Below are positions 55,660-64,000 of a stretch of 64,000 nucleotides of DNA, in pieces. The position numbers and the translations under genes were made by a program. The stretch's first letter is position 1. Each line of letters starts with the position of its first letter. This stretch comes from the human T2T-CHM13v2.0 reference genome, Homo sapiens, in NCBI RefSeq assembly GCF_009914755.1, contig NC_060935.1; one strand, given 5' to 3'. Below the pieces are notes generated by a model. That model was not told the DNA's origin. It saw only the letters and a program-made list of their open reading frames with translations, and did no database searches.

Positions 55660-55701
55660 AAATATCCCAGGATAAAAACTAGAAGAAAGCTATCTGAGAA
55701 A
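55660..55701 (+). repeat. 42-bp alphoid fragment in opposite orientation, captured in a junction
   Basis: AAATATCCCAGGATAAAAACTAGAAGAAAGCTATCTGAGAAA lies between the truncated L1 and the reverse-oriented array. Confidence 0.85.
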
Positions 55702-55707
55702 GCGTCA

Positions 55708-58700
55708 GAGACTCTACAATAATAGTGGTTTCAAACTGCTGAATGAAAGGAAAGGTTTAACTCTGTGAGATGAACGCACACATCACAAGCACTTTCTCTG
55801 ATATCTTCTGCCTCGTTTTTATCCTGGGATATTTACTTTTTAGCCTATGGCCTCAAAGTGGTATCAAATATCCCTTCGTAGTTTCTGCAAAAACAGTGTT
55901 TCAAAATTGTTGAATCTAAAGAAAGGTTGAAATCTGTGAGGTGAATGCACACATCACAAAGCAGTTTCTCATAAAGATTCTTTCCAGATTTCATCTAAAG
56001 TTATTTCCTTTTTCACCATAGGAGTCAATGTGTTAACAAATATCCCTTTAAAGATTCTACGAAAACGATGTTTCCAAATGGTGAATGAAAAGAAAGGTTT
56101 AACACGGCCAGATTAATACACACATCACAAGGCGGTTTCTCAGATAGGTTTCTTCTAGTTTTTATCCTAGGATATTTCCTTTTTTGCCTTTGTCCTCAAT
56201 GACCTCCAAAATGTCCATTTGCAGAAAGCACAAAAACAGTGTTTCCAAAGTGCTGAATCTAAAGAAAGGTTTAACTCTGTGAAATGAATGCACTCATCAC
56301 AAAGCAGTTTCTCAGAAAGCTTCTTTCTAGTTTTTATCTGAAGATATTTCCTTTTCCACTATAAGCCTCAATGAGCTCCCAAATATCCCTTAGAAGATTC
56401 TACCCAAAGAGTGTTTCCAAACTTCTGAGTGAAAAGAAGGATTTAACTCTTCAAGATGAATGCACACATCACAAAGCCATATCTCAGATAGCTCCCTTCT
56501 AGTTTTTATCCTGGGACATTATCTTTTTCACATATAGCCTCAATGATCAATAAAACATCCCTTCACAGATTGTGTAAAAACAGTATTTCCAACTGCTTTA
56601 TCCATAGAAATTTTAAATCTGTGAGATGAATGCACACATCAAAAAGTACTTTCTAATGAATCTTCTTTCTAGTTTTTATCTGAAGATATTTCCTTTTTCA
56701 CCAGAGGCCTCAATGTGCTCCTAAATATCACTTCACAGATTGTAGCAAAACAGTGTTTCCAAACTGCTGAATGAAAAGAAAGGTTTAACTCTGAGAGATG
56801 AATGCACATATAACAAAGTGGTTTCTCAGATTGCTTCATTCTATTTTTTATCCTGGGATATTCACTTTTTCCCCTTTGGCCTCAGTGAGCTCCCAAGTGT
56901 CCATTCACTGAATCAACAAAAACAGCATTTCCAAACTGTTGAACCCAAATAAAGATTTAACATTGGGAGATGAGTGCACACGTTACAAAGCTTTTTCTCA
57001 AATTGCTTCCTTCTAGATTTTATCCTTGGATGTTCACTTTTTTGCCGTTGGCCTCAATGAGCTCCCAAATGTCCATTCACAGAATAGACAAAAAGAGTGT
57101 TTCCAAATTGCTGAATCCAAAGAAAGGTTTAACTCTGTGAGAGGAATGCACACATCACAGTGCAGTTTCTCAGAAAGATTCTTTCTAGTTTTTAATCTGA
57201 AGATATTTCCTTTTGCACCATAGGCATCAATGTGTTCCCGTATATACCTTCACATATTCTACCACAGCAGTGTTTCCAAAATGCTGAGTGAAAAGAAAGG
57301 TTTACCTCTGTGAGCTGAATGCAAACCTCACAAAGATGTTTCTCATCTTGCATCCTTCTAGTTTTTATCCTGGGATATTCACTTTTTCACCTATGGCCTG
57401 TATGAGCAATCTAATATCCCTTTGCAGATTCTACAAAAACAGTGTTTCCTATCTGCTGAATGAAAAGAAAGTTTTATCTTTGCATCATGAATGCACAGAT
57501 CACAAAGCTGTTTCTCAGAAAGATTTCTTCTAGTTTTTCTCCTGAAATGTTCACTTTTTCGCCTTTGGCCTCAATGACCTCCCAAATGTCCTGTCACAGA
57601 TTGTACCAAAACAGTGTTTCCAAACTGCTGAATGAAAAGACAGATTTAACTCTGCGAGTTTAATGCAAACATCACAAAGCAATTCCTCATACAGCTTCCT
57701 TCATTTTTATTCTGTGATAGTCGCTTTTTCACCTATGTCCTCAATGAGCTGTCTAATATAAATTTTCAGATTCTACAAAAATGGTGTTTTCAAACTGATG
57801 AATCCAAAGAAAGTTTAACACTGTGAAATGAATGCACACATCACAAAGCAGTTTCTCAGAAAGGTTTTTCAAGTGTTTGTCTGAAGATATTTCATTTTTC
57901 ACCATAGGCCTGAAAGTGCTCCCAAATATCCCTTTGAAGATTCTGCCAAAACTGATTTCCAAACTGCAAAACAAAAGAAAGGTTTAATTCTGCGAGATGA
58001 ATGGACATATCACAAAGTGGTTTCTCAGATAGCTTCCTTCTAGTTTTTATTCAGTGATATTCACTTTTTCACCGATGGCCTCAATGACCTATCTAATTTC
58101 AATTTGTAGATTATACTAATAGAGTGTTTCCAAACAGCTGAATGAAAGAAAGGTTTAACTATGCAAGATGAATGGAAACATCATAAAGCGGTTTCTCAAA
58201 TTGCTTCCTTCTAGTTTTTATCCTGGGATATTCACCTTTTCGCCTATGGTCTCAATTAGTTATCTAATATCCCTTTGCAGACTCTACAAAAACAGTGTTT
58301 CCAAACTGCTGAATGAGAAGAAACGTTTATATCAGTGACATTAATGCACATATGACAAAGCGGTTTCTCAGATAGCTTCCTTCGAGTTTTTATTCAGGGA
58401 TATTCACTTTTTTGCCTTTGACCTCAATGAACTCCCAAATATACCTTTGCAGATTCTACAAAAACAGTGTTTCCAAACTGCTGAATCCAAAGTAAGGTTT
58501 AATTCAGTGAGATGAATGCCCATATCTCAAAGCAGTTGCTAAGAAAGCTTCTTTATAATTTTCATCAGAAGATATTTCCTTTTTCACAATTGGCCTGAAT
58601 GCGCTCCCACATATACCTTTGCAAATTCTACCAAAACAGTGTTTCCAAACTGCTGAATAAAAGAAAGGTTTAACCCTGAGAGATGAATGCACATATCACA

Positions 58701-61700
58701 AGGTGGTTCCTCAGATAGCTTCCATCAAGCTTTTATCCTAGGATATTCTCTTTTTCCCCTATGGCCTCAAAGAGCTGTCAAACATCTCTTCACAGTTTCT
58801 ACAAAAAGTGTTTCCAAACTACCGAATGCTAAGAAAAGTTTAACTCTGTTAGATTAATGCTCACATCATAAAGCTGTTTCTCAGAATGCTTCTTTCTAGT
58901 TTTTATCTGAAGATATTTCCTTTTTCACCAAAACCTCAATATGCTCCCAAATATCCCTTTGCGATTCTACCAAAAAAGTGATTCCAAATTGCTGAATGAA
59001 AAGAAAGGTTTATTTCAGCGAGATGAATGCACACACCAAAAAACGGTTTCTCAGACAGGTTTCTTCTAGTTTTTATTCTGGGATATTCACTTTTTCACCT
59101 TTGACCTCAATGAGTTCAAAAATGTCCATTCACTGAATGGACAAAAACAGTGTTTCCATACTACTGAATCCAAAGAAATGTTTAACTCTGTCAGATGAAT
59201 GCACACATCACAAGGCAGTCTCTCAGAAAGATTCTTTCTAGTTTTCATCTGAATATATTTCCTTTTTCACCATAGGTCTCAATGCACTCCCAAATATCCC
59301 TTCACAGTTTATTCCAAAACAGTATTTCCAAACTGCTGAGTGTAAAGAAGGGTTTAACTATGCGAGATGAATGCATACATCCAAAGCGGTTTCTCAGATA
59401 GCTTCCTACTAGTTTTTATCCTGGAATATTTACTTTTTGGCCTATGGCCTCAATGAGCTATAAAATATGCCTTCACAGATTCTACAAAAACGGTTTTTCT
59501 AAATTGCTGAATCCAAAGAAAGTTTTGACTCTGTGAGATGAATGCACTCATCTAAAAGCAGTAGAAAGCTTCTTTCTACTCTTATGTGAAGATACTACTT
59601 TTTCACGATAGGCCTGAATGAGCACCCAAGTACCTTTTCATACATTCTGCCAAAACAATGTTTCCACACTACTGAATGAAAAGAAAGGCTTAACTTTGTG
59701 AGATGAATGCACACTTTACAAAGCATTTTCTCAGATATCTTCCTTCTAGATTTAACCTGGGATATTCGTTTTTTCTCCTTTGGCCTCAGTGAACTCCTAA
59801 ATATCAAGTTGCAGAATGGACAAAAGCAGTGTTTCTAAACTGCTGAATACAAAGAAATGTTTCAATCTGTGAGATGAATGCACACATCACACAGCAGTTT
59901 CTCAGAAAGTTTTTTTTGAGTTTTTGTCTGAAGATATTTCCTTTTTCACCATAGGACTCAATGTGCTCCCAAATATCCCTTTGCGGATTCTGCCCACATC
60001 ACATAGCGGTTTCTTAAATAGCTTCCTTTGGTTTTTATCCTGGGATATTCACGTTTTTGTCTTTGGCCTCAATGAGCTCCCAAATATCCCTTCGCAAGTT
60101 CCACAGAAATAGTGTTTCCATACTACTGAATCCAAAGAAAAGTTTAACTCTGTGAGATGAATGCACTTCACAAAGTTGTTTCTCAGGAAGCTACTTTGTA
60201 GCTTTTCACTGAAGTTATTTCCTATTTCAACATAGGCTTCAATGCGATCCTAAATATCACTTCATAGATTGTACCAAAACAGTGTTTCCAAGCTGCTGGA
60301 TGAAAAGAAAGGTTTAAATCTTAGAGATGAATGCACACATAACAAGGCAGTTTCTCAGATAGCTTCGTTCTAGTTTTATCCTGGTTTATTCTCCTTTTCC
60401 CTTATGTCCTCAATGAGCTATCAAATGTCCTTCATGTATTCTACAAAAATAGAGTGTCCAAAAAGATGAATCCAAAGAAATGTTTGGCCCCATGAGATGA
60501 ATGCCCACATCACAAAGCAGTTTCTCAGAAAGCTTCTTTCTGTTTTTTATCTGAAGATATTTTCTTTTTCACCTAGGCTCCAATGCCCAACAAAGTATCC
60601 ACTTTCAGATTCTGCCAAAACAGTTGTTCCACACTGTTGAATGAAAAGAAAGCTTTAACTCTGTGAGAGGAATGCACACATCACAAACAGGTTTCTCAGA
60701 TAGCTTTCTTCTAGTTATCATCCTGAGATATTCACTATTTCACCTTCAGCCTCAATGACCTCTCAAATGTCCATTCGCAGAATGGACAAAAACAGTGTTT
60801 CCAAACTGCTGAATCCAAACAAAGGTTTTAACTCTGTGAGATGAATGCACACATCACAAAGCAGTTTCTCAGAAATCTTTCTAGTTTTTATCTCAGGATA
60901 TTTCCTTTTTACTTTAGGCCTAAAAGTGCTCCCAAATATCCCTTTGCAGATTCTACAAAAACAGTGTTTCCAAACTGCTGAATGAAAAGAAAGGTTTAAC
61001 TCTGCAAGAAGAATGCACACATCACAAAACAGTTTCTCAGATAGCTTCCTTCTAGTTTGTATCCAAGGATATTCACTTTTTCGCCTATGGCCCCAATGAG
61101 CTATTTAATATCCCTTCGCAGATTCTACAAAAACAGTATTTCCAAACTGCTGAATCCAAAGAAATGTTTGCCACTTTGAGATGAATGTACACATCACAAA
61201 GTAGTTTCTCAGAAACATTTTTTTCTAGTTTTTATCTGAAGATATTTCCTTTTTCACAATAGGCCTCAATTTCCTCCCAAATATCCCTTTGCAGATTGTA
61301 CAAAAACAGTGTTTCCACACTGCTGAATGAAAAGAAAGTTTTAACTCTGTGAGATGAATGCATACATAAAAAATCGGTTTCTCAGATAGCTTTCTTCTAG
61401 TTTTTATCCTGGAATATATGCTTTTTCGCCATTGTGCACAATGAGCTCAAAATGTTCATTTGCAGAATGGACAAAAACAGTGTTTCCTAACTGCTGAATC
61501 AAAAGAAATTTTAACTTTGTGAGATGAATGAACACATCACAAAGCAGTTTCTCAGAAAGCTTCTTTCTAGCTTTTGTCTGAAGATATTTTGTTATTCACC
61601 ATAGGTCTCATTGAACTCCCAAATATCCCTTCTCAGATTCTACCAAAATGGAGTTTCTAAACTGCTGAATGAAAAGAAAGGTTTAACTCTGCAAGATGAA

Positions 61701-64000
61701 TGCTCACATCACAAGGCAGTCTCTCAGATAGCTTCCTTTTAGTTTTTATCTGGGAATATTCACTTTTTCAACTTTGGCCTCAATGAACTCCCAAAGATCC
61801 CTTCACACATTCTACAAAAACAGTGCTTCCACACTACTGAATCCAAAGAAAGGTTTGACATTGTGAGATGAATGCACACATCACAAAACAGTTCTAAGAA
61901 AGCTTCTTTCTAGTTTTCATCGGAAGTTATTTCCTTTTTCACCTTAGGATTCAATGCACTCAAAAATGTCCCTTTGCAGATTCTACCAAAACGGTGTTTC
62001 CAAACTGCTGAATGAAATGAAAGTTATAACTCTGAGAGGTGAATGCCAACATCATAAAAGGGTTTCTCAGATAGTTTCCTGCTAGTTTTTATCCTGGGTT
62101 ATTCAGTATTTCCCCTATGGCCTCAATGAGCTATAAAATCTTCCTTCACAGATTCTACAAAAACAGTGTTTCCAAAGTGGTTAATCTAATGAAAGTTTTA
62201 ACTCTGTGAGATGAATGCACACATCGCAAAGCAGTTTCTTAGAAAGCTTCATTCCGGTTTTTTTCTGAAGATATTTCCTTTTTCACCTTAGGCCTCAATG
62301 CACACCCAAATATTTCTTCACAGATTCTGCCAACACAGTGTTTCTAAACAGCTGAATGAAAAGAAAAGTTTACCTCTCTGAGATGAATGCACACTTCACA
62401 AAGCAGTTTCTCAGATAGAGTTCTTCTAGTTTTTATATTGGGATATTCGCTTTTTTCCCTATGGCCTCAATGAACTACAAAATATAACATTGCAGATTCT
62501 ACAAAAACAGTGTTTCCAAACTGCTGAATCCAAAGAATGCTTTAAGTCTGTGGCATGTATGCAAACATCACAAAGAAATTTGTTGGAATGATTCTTTCTA
62601 CTTTTTATTTGAAGATATTTCCTATTTTACCACAGGCCTCAATGCACTCCTAAATATTCCTTTGCAGATTCTATGAAAAGAATGTTTCCAACCTGCCAAA
62701 TGAAAAGGAAATTTAACTCTGTAAGATTAAGGCACACATGACAAACTGGTTTCTCAGAGAGTTTCCTTCTAATTTTTATCCTGAGATATTCACTTTTTTG
62801 CCTTTGACCTCAATGAGCTACCAAATGTCCATTTGAAGAATGAACAAATACAGTGTTGCCAAAATGCCGAGCCCAAAGAAAAGTTTAACTCTATGAGACG
62901 AATGCATACATCACAAAGCAGTTTCCCAGGAAGATTCTTTCTAGTTTTTATCTGAAGATATTTCCTTTTTCACCATTGGCATCAATGTTCTAGCAAATAT
63001 CCCTTCACAGATTCTACCAAAACAATGTTTCCAAACTGCTGAATAAAAAGAAATGTTTAATTTTGCGAGATGAAAGCACACATCACAAAGAAGTTTCTCA
63101 GATAGCCTGTTTCTAGTTTTTATCCTGGGATATTCACTTTTTTGCGTTTGGCATCAGAGAGCTCCCAAATTATTCCAGAAGAGTTTACATACTACAGAAT
63201 CCAAAGAAAAGTTCAACTTTGTAAAATGAATACACACATCACAAAGCAGTTTCTCAGAAAGCTTCTTTCCAGTATTTATCTGAAGATATTTCCTTTTTCA
63301 TCATGGGCCTCTATGCACTCCCAAATATCCCTTCCCAGATACTATCCAAACACAGTTTCTAAACTGCTGAATAAAAAGAAAGGTTTATCTCTGTGAGAAG
63401 AATGGACACATAGCAAAGAGGTTTCTCAGATTGGTTTCTTCCAGTGTTTATACTGGGATATTTCCTTTTTTGCATTTGGCCTCAATGACCTCCAAAATGT
63501 CCATTGGCAGCATGGACAAAAACAGTGTTTCCAAACTGCTCAATCCAAAGAACTGGTTTAATCGGTGAGATGAATGCACACATCACAAAGCAGGTTGTCA
63601 GAAAGCTTATTTCTAGTTTTTATCTGAAGATATTTCCTTTTTCACCATAGGCCTCATTGTGCTCCCAAATATCCCTTCGCAGATTCTACAAAAACAGTGT
63701 CTCCAAACTACTGAACCTAAAGAAGGGTTTAATGCTGTGACATGAATGCAAACATCACAAAGCAGTTTTTCAGAAAGCTTCTTTCTCATTTTTATCTGAA
63801 GATATTTCCTTTTTCACCATAGGCCTCATTGCACTCCCAAATATCCCTTCGCAGATTCTACAAAAACAGTGTTTCCAAACTACTGAACCTAAAGAAAGGT
63901 TTAATGCTGTGACATGAATGCAAACATCACAAAGCAGTTTTTCAGAAAGCTTCTTTCTCGTTTTCTTCTGAAGATATTTCCTTTTTCACCATAAGCCTCA
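55708..64000 (-). repeat. Alpha satellite, divergent, reverse orientation
   Basis: ~171-bp reverse-complement alphoid periodicity to the end of the window. Confidence 0.98.
63617..63960 (-). repeat. Recent single-monomer (172-bp) tandem duplication
   Basis: The private variant ACTACTGAACCTAAAGAA..TTTAATGCTGTGACATGAATGCAAAC is repeated at period 172 with about 5 mismatches. Confidence 0.9.

Overview
Primate pericentromeric DNA, most likely human or great ape judging by the L1PA2/3-type insertion. No cellular gene is present. About 43 kb is old, divergent alpha satellite (~171-bp monomers of two loosely alternating types, pJalpha-type boxes, no CENP-B box seen). It switches orientation at ~660 and ~43247. 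Four retroelements interrupt it: (1) a defective HERV-K(HML-8)/HERVK11 provirus with MER11 LTRs (10717-18208); (2) a solo MER11 LTR (33396-34373); (3) a twin-primed, 5'-inverted L1PA2/3-like element (36892-42613); (4) a nearly full-length L1PA4/5-like element whose 3' end is replaced by a complex junction (49622-55639). The top observation is in the provirus: in place of the normal 18-nt primer-binding site it has an ungapped antisense copy of essentially the whole primer tRNA-Lys(CTT), CCA included, joined directly to the middle of gag. Second, the L1 inversion puts the antisense promoter and ORF0 directly upstream of a still-open reverse-transcriptase frame. Also noted are snap-back hairpin scars at several junctions, loss of the 3'UTR G-tract in both L1s, and nested 5-, 10- and 20-monomer duplications. 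All alignments were made by eye against remembered consensus sequences, so subfamily names and percentages are approximate. For satellite, + means the orientation reading GAGAAACTGCTTTGTGATGTGTGCATTCA.
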